Source of the DNA: an uncultured Chloroflexia bacterium
GTDB lineage: Bacteria > Chloroflexota > Limnocylindria > Limnocylindrales > CSP1-4
Length of the DNA: 64,000 nt
NCBI GenBank assembly: GCA_963706695.1
Contig: CAVPNC010000003.1
Span: 99,190 to 163,189 of the forward strand
Reading direction: 5' to 3'
Both the position numbers and the translations under genes were made by a program. Positions 52,389 to 60,844 of this stretch are shown piece after piece (position 1 is the first letter of the stretch; each line of letters begins with the position of its first letter). Under the pieces are notes generated by a model. It had not been told where the DNA came from. It made no database searches and saw only the letters and a list, made by a program, of their open reading frames with translations.

Positions 52389-53338
52389 GATGGAAGCCTC
52401 CTTGCGGCCCGCAGCTTGGCGCTGCGCGCACGGGGATTGGTCGCCACCTCCTGGTCGCTCGGGAGCTGTGGCTGAGCACCGACGCTGGCCATGCGCGGCT
52501 GCTTGCCGCACACGCACACGGGGAGCTCGGGTGGACAGGTGCAGCCGCGTCGCTCACGCGCCAGGAAGCGCTTGACGATGCGGTCCTCAAGGGAGTGGTA
52601 GCTGATGACGCAGAGGCGTCCGTCAGGCTTGAGCAGGTCGACGGCTGACTCCAGCGCGATCGGCAGCGTCTCGAGCTCGCGGTTGACCTCGATGCGCAGG
52701 GCCTGGAAGACGCGCGTGGCTGGGTGGATCCGTCGTCGTCGACCGTCGCGCGGCCGGGGCGTGGCCCGCATCACGATCTCGGCCAGCTGAGCCGGGGTCT
52801 CGATCGCCGACCGCTCCCGCTCGGCCACGATGGCGCGAGCGATGCGGCGCGCGTGTGGCTCTTCCCCATGTCGCTTGAAGACGTCCGCCAGCCGTTCTTC
52901 GCCGTAGGTCGCCACGACCTCGCTGGCGGGGATGCCGGAGCGGGTATCGAAGCGCATGTCGAGCGCGTCACTGGAGCGGAAGCTGAAGCCACGGTCGTCG
53001 CTGTCGAGCTGTTGGGAGCTGAGGCCCAGGTCCATCAGGATGCCGTCGACGTTCTCGAAGCCGTTGTCGCTGGCGACCTCCGCCATGGCCTCGAAGTTAG
53101 CTTGCCTAACGACCGCACGGTCGCCGAAGCCGGAGAGGCGCGCGCTGGTGCGCTCGATGGCTCGGGGATCGGCGTCGATCCCCAGCAGCCGGCCGCCGGG
53201 GTTGGCGGCCTCCAGGATCCGAACGGCGTGCCCTCCGCCGCCAACGGTCGCATCGATCTGGAAGCTGCCCGGGTGCGGCGAGAGAGCCAAGATGACCTCC
53301 TCAAGCATCACGGGCAGGTGCCCTACTTCCTGTTCCAT
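52385..53338 (-). CDS. rsmH: 16S rRNA (cytosine1402-N4)-methyltransferase RsmH (MraW)
   Basis: Start taken at MEQEVGHLPVMLEEV (ATG 53338). Motifs: DATVGGGGH, LMDLGLSSQQLD, RIHPATRVFQALRIEVN, ISYHSLEDRIVK. Confidence 0.92.
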   Translation of the reverse strand: MEQEVGHLPVMLEEVILALSPHPGSFQIDATVGGGGHAVRILEAANPGGRLLGIDADPRAIERTSARLSGFGDRAVVRQANFEAMAEVASDNGFENVDGILMDLGLSSQQLDSDDRGFSFRSSDALDMRFDTRSGIPASEVVATYGEERLADVFKRHGEEPHARRIARAIVAERERSAIETPAQLAEIVMRATPRPRDGRRRRIHPATRVFQALRIEVNRELETLPIALESAVDLLKPDGRLCVISYHSLEDRIVKRFLARERRGCTCPPELPVCVCGKQPRMASVGAQPQLPSDQEVATNPRARSAKLRAARRLPS

Positions 53339-53390
53339 CAACGATCCGACCGCCCCGACGGTCCACCCGGACCCTGGAGGCTCATATGGT

Positions 53391-53819
53391 CTAGATGCCC
53401 AGCCCCTCGAGGGACTCAGCGAGTGCCTCGGGCTGTTCCATCTGCTCGCGTACCTCGTTCCACCGCTCGGGTGACCACAGCTCGATGCGGCTTCCCGCGC
53501 CGACGAGGACCACCTCTGCCTCGATGCCCGCGTGGTCGCGAAGCGTCTGCGGCAGGACGAAGCGGCCCTGACGATCGAGCTTGGCCTCGAAGGCCGAGCC
53601 GTAGAGCAAGCGTCGGAAGTTCCTGGCCGACCTGTCCGTGATGGGCAGGGCATCGACCTGTGACGTCATGCGTGCCCACTCATCCTTCGGATGGAATGCG
53701 ACGCACCCGTCGATCCAGGCGCTGACCTGGCCACCTTCGGCAAGCTGCGCACGGAGACGCGTCGGGATCGCGAGACGTCCCTTGTCGTCGACCGTGTGTC
53801 GATACTCGCCGGTGAACAT
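53391..53819 (-). CDS. mraZ: transcriptional regulator MraZ
   Basis: Start taken at MFTGEYRHTVDDKGRLAIP (ATG 53819). The second DxxxR repeat is LDRQGRFVLP. Confidence 0.93.
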   Translation of the reverse strand: MFTGEYRHTVDDKGRLAIPTRLRAQLAEGGQVSAWIDGCVAFHPKDEWARMTSQVDALPITDRSARNFRRLLYGSAFEAKLDRQGRFVLPQTLRDHAGIEAEVVLVGAGSRIELWSPERWNEVREQMEQPEALAESLEGLGI

Positions 53820-53965
53820 CGGGCCTTGGGCTGCTCCGACTCGTGGCCTCACGGATACGCAGCGGCCGGGTTTCTCCCGACTCCCTCACTGAACGGCGAG
53901 GACGGCTGTCCTGCCCGGGCTCACCACCACGGCGGTGGCTGGCCGGCCTGGATCACCCTTCCTCC

Positions 53966-53990
53966 CCACTTCGCACCACTTCGTGCCACT
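53966..53990 (-). promoter_or_regulatory. three direct GAAGTGG repeats at 10-bp phasing: candidate MraZ operator
   Basis: Minus-strand reading is ccaAGTGGcacgaAGTGGtgcgaAGTGGggagg. The repeats lie immediately downstream of the -10 element and about 150 nt upstream of the mraZ ATG. Confidence 0.6.
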
Positions 53991-53999
53991 TGGATGGGC

Positions 54000-54027
54000 A
54001 TCATACCCAATCCGTGGGCATCGTCAA
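54000..54027 (-). promoter_or_regulatory. sigma70-type promoter of the dcw cluster (TTGACG-16-TATGAT)
   Basis: Minus-strand reading is cccTTGACGatgcccacggattgggTATGATgccc. Coordinates are anchored on the ORF-track start at 53935. Confidence 0.6.
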
Positions 54028-54124
54028 GGGTCCGAACGGAGAAATCTCCCCACGAGCACGGATCTCCGCTCGCGACGGAGGGTCGGGGTGATTCCGGCAG
54101 CACCGTCGGGGGTACCTCTCGCCC

Positions 54125-54526
54125 ATGGTGCCGAGCGAGGCGGGGCAGATAGCGTCGGTCCCCTACTCGCCTGCAGAGGACCTGTCAGTGACGATCGCCC
54201 GGCGAAGGCCCCGCGTTATCGATGCCATCGCGCCCATGCCGAACATGCCCGCGGTACGCCCGCCGGTGCCCGAGATGGGCGTGCCGGTACCGCTCAGGGA
54301 CGCGCCTGCGCCGGACGCCGTCACCCCCGCCGGTCGGCTTCGCCGCTGCACCTTCCGGCGCATCGACGTGGTCGCCGCGCTGCCGGGTCGCTCGGCCCTG
54401 ACGAGCTACGAGGTGATGTGCCTCTACGCCTCCGACCAGGCCTTGCCCCTGGGCGATCTCGACGCTGCCCGGCCGATCTGCGAGTCGTGCACGGCTGCGG
54501 GCATCTTCCGGCCCGACGAGGACTGA
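54125..54526 (+). CDS. hypothetical protein, Pro-rich N-terminal half and Cys-containing C-terminal half
   Basis: 133-aa ORF with high third-position GC and varied composition (RRCTFRRIDVVAALPGRSALTSYEVMCLYASDQALPLGDLDAARPICESCTAAGIFRPDED). It is followed by a hairpin plus T-tract. Confidence 0.55.
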   Translation: MVPSEAGQIASVPYSPAEDLSVTIARRRPRVIDAIAPMPNMPAVRPPVPEMGVPVPLRDAPAPDAVTPAGRLRRCTFRRIDVVAALPGRSALTSYEVMCLYASDQALPLGDLDAARPICESCTAAGIFRPDED

Positions 54527-54557
54527 CCCCTCCCGCCTGACCTGGCCGGCATAGCAG

Positions 54558-54597
54558 GACGCCCGCCCCCTCGAGAGGGAACGGGCGTCTCTTGTTG
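54558..54597 (+). terminator. intrinsic terminator-like hairpin with T-rich tail
   Basis: gacgcccg-ccccctcgagagggaa-cgggcgtc followed by tcttgttgtgg, 32 nt after the stop at 54526. Confidence 0.6.
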
Positions 54598-54636
54598 TGG
54601 CGACCGGCCGTGGCGGGCCAGCTGGGGGCCCTCGGC

Positions 54637-55293
54637 CTACTCGCCGTCTTCCTCCGTCGCCGCTTCGTCGTCCATGGAGTCGTCCGAGGTGTCTTCGTCC
54701 ATCGAGTCGTCGCTGGACATGTCGTCGGAGGCGTCGGCGCTGAAGTCGAGGTCGCTGCAGATGAGCCAGCCGGACTCGCCGGGCACGAGCGTGACCTCGG
54801 CGTCGATGGCCTCGGACTCGGCCTCGAACTCCGAGGTGACGATGCCCATGAACATCTCCACGGTGGCCTCGTCGACCTCCATGCCGCTCATCTCGATGAC
54901 GGCCTCGACGAAGGGCACCAGGGCCTCCGCGTTGAGATCCATGCCCATGCTGCCCTCGACGTGGACAACGGCCTCCGTCTCGCTCTCGCTGATGAGCTCC
55001 ATGGAATTGAGCGAGACCTCGAAGATGAAGGCATCGAGCAGCGACTGGACGTCGATGCCCTCCGGCATCTCGCCGGCCAGCGCGCTGATGTCGAACTCCG
55101 CGGCCTGGGCGGCCTCACCCTCGCAGAAGTAGCCCGGAAGCGCCTCGAAGTCCTTGGCCACGACCGCATCCATGAAGCCCTGGATGGCGTCCTGGGGTGT
55201 GTCCTGCGCCATCGCCACGGGGGCCACGGCGAGTGACATCGTGAGGGCCATGCTGCCGGCCACTGCGGCCATGCGTGTGCGGGGATCGATCAT
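54637..55293 (-). CDS. secreted hypothetical protein with a very acidic Asp/Ser-rich C-terminal tail
   Basis: 218-aa ORF with signal peptide MAAVAGSMALTMSLAVAPVAMAQD. The tail is SDDMSSDDSMDEDTSDDSMDDEAATEEDGE. Confidence 0.7.
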   Translation of the reverse strand: MIDPRTRMAAVAGSMALTMSLAVAPVAMAQDTPQDAIQGFMDAVVAKDFEALPGYFCEGEAAQAAEFDISALAGEMPEGIDVQSLLDAFIFEVSLNSMELISESETEAVVHVEGSMGMDLNAEALVPFVEAVIEMSGMEVDEATVEMFMGIVTSEFEAESEAIDAEVTLVPGESGWLICSDLDFSADASDDMSSDDSMDEDTSDDSMDDEAATEEDGE

Positions 55294-55400
55294 GAGTTCG
55301 ACGACTCCTTCTGGTGGTTGCGCACCTCAGGCGGTGCCTGCGCGCTGCAGTCTAGCGGTCATCGCTGATGGCGTGACCGGCCGAAGGTCCGGCGTGCCCG

Positions 55401-56324
55401 CTAGCCGTCGGTTGGGGTAGGCGCGTCGACCCGGCTCATCCAGTAGCTGGTCTCGGGCGTGGGGTCGGTACCGAACCGGGCGTTGACGACCCAGAGGTCA
55501 TCACCCAGCGCGGCGACCGTGGTGGGCACGTCGAAGTCGTCCGACGTGACCGAGCCCGTGACGGCGCCGCTGGTGGCCTGCTCGTCGAGCTCGACAGCGA
55601 CGATCTCGCCCATGCGATTGCGCATCACGTAGACGGTCTGGTCCACCAGCTCGAGGCCGTCGCCCGCAGTGAGGTCGGCCTCACCGGTGTCGATGAGCGT
55701 GGAGGCGCCGGTCACGGGATCGACGAGGAAGAGCTGCCCGAGCCCGGAGTGCACCAGCACCAGCCCGGCCGGAGTGGCCACGATGCCGTTGGCGTTGAAG
55801 CCTTCGCCGTACTGGAGGTCGCCACTGATGGGCAGCACGAAGGCCTCCTCCGGCGCGGCCAAGGCGCCATCTTCACCGAGCGGCACGACCGCGACCTGGG
55901 GCACGAACGAGTCGCTGATGTAGACGGCCTCAGGCGTGACGGCCACGTCGTTGAGGAACCCGGCCTGGAAGGGGTAGGACTCGAGCAGCTCGCCGGTCGC
56001 GGCGTCATACGCGCGCACTTCGCCAGTCGTGGCGCCGGCCGTCCAGAGGCGACCCGCGTCGTCGTAGTCGAGGCCGGCCACGATGCTGCCGTCGGTGCCC
56101 TCTACGAGGACCTCGGTCGTGCCCGTGGCGGGATCGGCGGTCAGGATGGCGCCGTTCGCAAGCGAGCCGGCGAAGAGCGACTGGCCGTCGGTGGTGATGC
56201 CCTCGGGAGCCCAGCCGTCGGGCATCTCGATGCGGTCGAGGGCATCGTCCTGGGCGAGTGCGGGCGCGGCCAGCAGGCCGATCGAGAGGACGCTCGCGCT
56301 GAAGACAGGGAAGAAGCGTGGCAT
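55401..56324 (-). CDS. secreted beta-propeller-like protein (SMP-30/gluconolactonase/NHL-like; family uncertain)
   Basis: 307-aa ORF with signal peptide MPRFFPVFSASVLSIGLLAAPALAQD. It has repeated short strands with G/D/T-rich turns (PEGITTDG, AGLDYDDAGRLW, NDVAVTPEAVYISD, NGIVATPAGLVLV). Confidence 0.6.
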   Translation of the reverse strand: MPRFFPVFSASVLSIGLLAAPALAQDDALDRIEMPDGWAPEGITTDGQSLFAGSLANGAILTADPATGTTEVLVEGTDGSIVAGLDYDDAGRLWTAGATTGEVRAYDAATGELLESYPFQAGFLNDVAVTPEAVYISDSFVPQVAVVPLGEDGALAAPEEAFVLPISGDLQYGEGFNANGIVATPAGLVLVHSGLGQLFLVDPVTGASTLIDTGEADLTAGDGLELVDQTVYVMRNRMGEIVAVELDEQATSGAVTGSVTSDDFDVPTTVAALGDDLWVVNARFGTDPTPETSYWMSRVDAPTPTDG

Positions 56325-56418
56325 CTGGGGTCACCTCATGGTCTGGGGCCGGCTCGGCCGTGGAGACCCCTGATTCTGTGACGAGACTGCGACGTATCGA
56401 TGACAGGAACCTGAGCAG

Positions 56419-56759
56419 CACCAGTGAGGTGGCCTGTAAGCCGAGTTCTGTCCCGCTCTCGCGGGGATGGTCATCCATCTGGGACGCCGGTTGCCCGACG
56501 CCTCTTGCGGCCGACCCGAAGGCGGGGCGACGCACCCCTGTGCAGCTTGCGCCGCACGTGCCCTCCTATTTGGCCTTGCACCAGGTAGAGCTTGCCCGTT
56601 TCACCCGGTCGGCCGAAGCCGAACCGACTCGTCTCTGTGGCGCTGGTCCGCGCCTCGCGGCGGACGGGAGTTACCCGCTACCCTGCGTCGTGGTGCTCGG
56701 ACTTTCCTCGGGTGACGGGTTGCCCCGCCACACGCGACCATCCAGCCACCTCACTGGCC
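56419..56759 (-). ncRNA. rnpB: RNase P RNA, bacterial type A
   Basis: The reverse complement reads CCAGTGAGGTGGC...GAGGAAAGTCCGAGCACC...GGGTGAAACGGG...CCCAGATGGATGACCATC...ACAGAACTCGGCTTACAGGCCACCTCACTGG. The conserved P4 strands are present and the ends pair in a 13-bp P1 helix. Confidence 0.9.
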
Positions 56760-56798
56760 GACGGACTCTACCACCAGCCTCCGTCCATGGCACCGGCG

Positions 56799-57320
56799 CT
56801 ATCGTCGGATCGCGTCGTGATCCAGCACCTGGGCGCCGGGCGAGGCAGGCGAGGTTCTCGCCAGGCGAGCGATCTCGACGTACCCACCCATCCGGTGAGC
56901 AGTGTTGATGTTCTGCCCATCCAGTTGGCAGGAACCGCGAGAACCGCAGCCAGCACGTCGAGATCGCTCACCACACGAGATTCCGAGGGCTGGCCCAGGA
57001 GGAGCTGGGCCGGCCCTCGGGTGGTTCGGTCGTGCCGCTCTGTCGCCGAGGATCGAACCGCTGAGGGTGCCGTCTTGCCACCGCGCTACCGATGAGCCGC
57101 AGCGAACCCCAGCCGCCGGACGTTGGAGCGACTGACCTTGCGCCTTGGCCTGGACGGCGTCCTCAGCCACCGACTGGTCGCCGCAGACGAAGACGCAGAC
57201 GCGGTGCATGTCGGCGTGGAAGGCCGCGACGATCCGGCCGAAGGCGATCTCATCGCCCGAGGCAGCCGAGGCGATGTCGCCTCTGAAGTCGCGATCGATC
57301 GCGCCTGTCATGACCTCCAT
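56799..57320 (-). pseudogene. decayed ECF-type sigma-70 factor
   Basis: ORF 56799..57356 begins with a region 2-like GDEIAFGRIVAAFHADMHRVCVFVCGDQSVAEDAVQ and ends with a region 4 HTH-like GGYVEIARLARTSP. The middle makes sense only by hopping frames (AWRKVS.., ..WGSLRLIGSAVARRH..). Confidence 0.45.
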
Positions 57321-57723
57321 GCCCCATGGACGTGGCCGAAGGCGCAAGTGTCCCAAGCCCGCGCACGTCGGTCACGCCAAGGTGTTGCCCGCGCGAGCGG
57401 AGGCCGGGCCGATCGGGTCATGGAACGCCCGGTGTTCGAACGCCTTGGGCTGACGTGCTCGCCGGGCCGACGGGCCCGCTGACGACGGCCCTGGGCGCAT
57501 TCGGCGGGCGTCGATGCCGGTGGCAACCGCGGCATGGCCTGGCACCGGGGCTGCGCGTTGCCGTGAGTGGCTCAACTCGACGTGCCGACGCGAGAACTCG
57601 TCGAGTCTATGCAGCCACAGAACCACGGCGTCACCGCGGATCACTCAGAGCAAGACCTCGGCAAGGTTCCCCGCCAACGCGTCGTGTTGGCTCAGTCACA
57701 GAGACAACGGCAGACCCGAGCCC

Positions 57724-58188
57724 CTACTCCCGGTACTTGGCCTCGAGCTCGGCGGCCGCAGCGGGATCGTCCAGGGCCAGGTTTGCCAGCGCATCGGCAG
57801 CCTTGTTCGTGGCGCGGCGCTCGTGCGTGGCGTTCCAGCGGTCGAACGTCGCGAGCAGCTGCTTGGCCTCGGCCCAGAACTCGCGCAGCTTGGCGTCCTT
57901 CACCCGCCAGCGTCCGTGGAGCTGCTCGACGATGAGCTTGGAGTCCAGACGCAGGTCGACCTCGCGCGCACCCAATCGCTGTGCCTCGCGCAGGGCCAGC
58001 ACCAGGCCGGTGTACTCGGCCACGTTGTTGGTCTGGATGCCCAGCGGCCGGGAGACCAGCGAGACCACGGGCGCATCGAGTGCCGTGGCGTTCGGCAACG
58101 AGGCGTCGATGAGCACGGCCCCGCAGGAAGCGGGCCCAGGGTTGGAGCGCGAAGCGCCATCAGTGCGAATGAGCAGGCGGTCGACCAT
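57724..58188 (-). CDS. ribonuclease H family protein
   Basis: 154-aa ORF with IRTDGASRSNPGPASCGAV, TNNVAEYTGLVLAL, DSKLIVEQL, NKAADALAN (the DEDD context of RNase HI). It starts directly after the sdhB stop. Confidence 0.85.
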   Translation of the reverse strand: MVDRLLIRTDGASRSNPGPASCGAVLIDASLPNATALDAPVVSLVSRPLGIQTNNVAEYTGLVLALREAQRLGAREVDLRLDSKLIVEQLHGRWRVKDAKLREFWAEAKQLLATFDRWNATHERRATNKAADALANLALDDPAAAAELEAKYRE

Positions 58189-59034
58189 CTAGTCGGCAGA
58201 CGCCTTCGGCCCGTCGGCATCAGGCTTCTTGTCGAGCGCCTTGGCCTCTTCACTCACTTCGATCCCTGCGCCATCCGCCGATGAGCCATACCGCCCGCCA
58301 CGGAGCTTGTTCCAAAGCCAGCGGATGGGGTCGTAGTACTCGTCAGCCACGCGTTCCTTGAGCGGGATGATGGCGTTGTCGGTGATCTTGATGTGCTCCG
58401 GGCAGACCTCGGTGCAGCACTTGTTGATGTTGCAGTAGCCGATGCCACCGTCGTACTTGAGCTCCTGCTTGCGGTCAGCCTGGTCGAGCGGATGCATCTC
58501 CAAGGAGGCGGCCCGCACCAGGAAGCGCGGCCCGAAGAACTCGAACTCGGTCTCGTGGTTGCGCAGCACATGACAGGTATCCATGCACAGGAAGCACTCG
58601 ATGCACTTGCGGAACTCCTGGCTCCGCTCCCCGTCCTCCTGCTGCCAGCGCCACTCCGACTGCGGCGTGTCGGGCGGCGTGAAGGGCGTGATCTTGGCGT
58701 TGATGGAGTAGTTCCAGGAGACGTCGGTGACGAGGTCGCGGACCCGCGGGAACGTGCGCATGGGCTCGACCGTGATGGCCTCACCCTCGGGGAAGTCGGA
58801 CAGGCGCGTCTTGCACATGAGCCCGGGCTTGCCGTTGATCTCTGCGGAACAGGAGCCGCACTTGGCAGCCTTGCAGTTCCAGCGCGCGGCCAGGTCTGGC
58901 TCCACGTTCTGCTGGATCCAGTGGATGGCGTCAAGGACCACCATGCCCTCCCCCGCGGGCACGATGTACTCGAAGAACTCGCCCTCCTCGTTGCCCTCGG
59001 CGCGGTTGACCCAGAGCTTCGCTTCGTCAGCCAT
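58189..59034 (-). CDS. sdhB: succinate dehydrogenase/fumarate reductase iron-sulfur subunit
   Basis: 281-aa ORF with WNCKAAKCGSCSAEINGKPGLMC (2Fe-2S), CIECFLCMDTC and CNINKCCTEVCP cluster motifs. Confidence 0.9.
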   Translation of the reverse strand: MADEAKLWVNRAEGNEEGEFFEYIVPAGEGMVVLDAIHWIQQNVEPDLAARWNCKAAKCGSCSAEINGKPGLMCKTRLSDFPEGEAITVEPMRTFPRVRDLVTDVSWNYSINAKITPFTPPDTPQSEWRWQQEDGERSQEFRKCIECFLCMDTCHVLRNHETEFEFFGPRFLVRAASLEMHPLDQADRKQELKYDGGIGYCNINKCCTEVCPEHIKITDNAIIPLKERVADEYYDPIRWLWNKLRGGRYGSSADGAGIEVSEEAKALDKKPDADGPKASAD

Positions 59035-59037
59035 GCC

Positions 59038-60840
59038 CTAGCCCTTCTTCTCGAGGTGCTCGGCCAGCTCGGGCGGCAGCTCCACCACCGGCGTCCGCTC
59101 GACGGCCATGGCTTCGCCCTCACGGTGGGTGGTGACGTTGACCACGTCCCATTCTTCTCGTGCACCCACGTAGTCGAGGCGCGAGTGGGCCCCGCGGCTC
59201 TCCTGCCGCTCCAGCGCCGAGCGCGCGATGGCCTCCGAGACCACGAGCATGTTGCGCAGCTCGAAGACGAGGTCCCAGCCGGGGTTGAAGCGGCGCGGGC
59301 CGGTCACGCGCAGGCCGTGCCAGCGCTGCTTGTAGCCCTCGATGCGCTCGATGGCCTCCTGCAGGTCCGACTCCAGGCGGAAGATGCCGACCAGCGAGGA
59401 CATCGTCGCCTGCAGCTCCTCGTGCAGGCGGTTGGGATCCTCACCCGACGATCGCTCGAAGGGCGCGAACATGGCCGCGACCAATTCCTCCACGAAGGCC
59501 GCGTCGAGCTCCTCGACCGGGGCACTCGACGCCGCGGCCGCAGCTGCCGCCTCGCCGGCCCGGCGCCCGAAGACGAGCAGGTCGGTAAGCGAGTTGCCAC
59601 CGAGGCGGTTGGAGCCGTGCAGGCCGGCCGCCACCTCTCCCGCCGCGTAGAGCCCGGGCGTGGTCGTCTGGCCCACCTCGGCGTCGACGCGGATGCCGCC
59701 CATGATGTAATGCATGGTGGGCCCGACCTCCATGGGTCCGGCCGTGATGTCGACGTCGGCGAGCTCCTTGAACTGCTCGTACATCGAGGGCAGCTTGGCG
59801 CGCACGCGCTCTGAGGGCAGATAGCTGATGTCCAGGAACACGCCGCCGTGGGGCGAACCGCGTCCTTCCTTGACCTCGGTGTAGATGGCACGAGCGACGT
59901 TGTCGCGAGTGGAGAGCTCGGGCGGGCGGCGATGACTGCTCTGGCGGCCTTCGGTCAGGTCATCGACCCAGGCGCGTGCCTCCTCATCGGTCGCGGCGTA
60001 CTCGTCGCGCCGGGCCTCGGGCAGGTAGTCCCACATGAAGCGCTTGCCTTCGGAGTTGCGCAGGATGCCGCCCTCGCCACGCACGGCCTCGGTCACCAGC
60101 AGGCCCTTGACACCCGCGGGGTGGACCATGCCGGTGGGGTGGAACTGCACGAACTCCATGTCGATGAGCTCGGCCCCGGTGCGGTAGGCCAGACCCTGCC
60201 CATCGCCCGATGACTCCCAGGAGTTGGAGGTCACGGCAAAGGCTCGTCCGACGCCGCCTGAGGCGAGCACCACGGCCTTGGCCGGGAAGGCCACGGGGGC
60301 GCCATCGAGGCGGCTGTAGCCGATGGCCCCGTTCACGGCCCCACCCTTCATCGAGAGGCGCGTGATGATGACTTCCTGGTAGACCTGTGCGCCCACCGCC
60401 ACGCTGCGATCCTGCAGCGTGCGGATGAGCTCGAGACCGGTGCGGTCGCCGACGTGGGCCAGGCGCGGGTAGGTGTGGCCACCGAAGGGCCGCTGCAGGA
60501 TGCGTCCATCAGCGGTGCGGTCGAAGACGGCACCCCACTGCTCCAGCTCACGCACGCGCTCGGGCGCCTCCTTGGCGTGGAGCTCGGCCATGCGCGGGTT
60601 GTTGAGCCGGTAGCCGCCGACCATGGTGTCGCGGAAGTGCGTGGTCCAGCCGTCGCGATCGTCGACGTGGGCCAGGGACGCGGCCATGCCGCCTTCGGCC
60701 ATGACCGTGTGGGCCTTGCCCAGCAACGACTTGCACACGACCCCCACCGACAGGCCGGCTTCGATGCAGGCGACCGCGGCACGCAGGCCGGCACCTCCGG
60801 CGCCGATGATGAGGACGTCGTGTGGTCGGGTCTCGATCAT
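59038..60840 (-). CDS. sdhA: succinate dehydrogenase/fumarate reductase flavoprotein subunit
   Basis: 600-aa ORF with DVLIIGAGGAGLRAA, HTVMAEGG, FVQFHPTG, GGNSLTDLLVFG, ESRGAHSR. Confidence 0.93.
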   Translation of the reverse strand: MIETRPHDVLIIGAGGAGLRAAVACIEAGLSVGVVCKSLLGKAHTVMAEGGMAASLAHVDDRDGWTTHFRDTMVGGYRLNNPRMAELHAKEAPERVRELEQWGAVFDRTADGRILQRPFGGHTYPRLAHVGDRTGLELIRTLQDRSVAVGAQVYQEVIITRLSMKGGAVNGAIGYSRLDGAPVAFPAKAVVLASGGVGRAFAVTSNSWESSGDGQGLAYRTGAELIDMEFVQFHPTGMVHPAGVKGLLVTEAVRGEGGILRNSEGKRFMWDYLPEARRDEYAATDEEARAWVDDLTEGRQSSHRRPPELSTRDNVARAIYTEVKEGRGSPHGGVFLDISYLPSERVRAKLPSMYEQFKELADVDITAGPMEVGPTMHYIMGGIRVDAEVGQTTTPGLYAAGEVAAGLHGSNRLGGNSLTDLLVFGRRAGEAAAAAAASSAPVEELDAAFVEELVAAMFAPFERSSGEDPNRLHEELQATMSSLVGIFRLESDLQEAIERIEGYKQRWHGLRVTGPRRFNPGWDLVFELRNMLVVSEAIARSALERQESRGAHSRLDYVGAREEWDVVNVTTHREGEAMAVERTPVVELPPELAEHLEKKG

Positions 60841-60844
60841 CGGC

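Noticed and set aside
57030-57105. A tRNA-like T-arm sequence (GGTTCGATCC on the minus strand).
   Set aside because: I could not fold a cloverleaf. The putative T stem does not pair (CAGCG versus CTCGG), and there is no acceptor stem or sensible anticodon arm. It lies inside the decayed sigma-factor gene and is probably a chance match.
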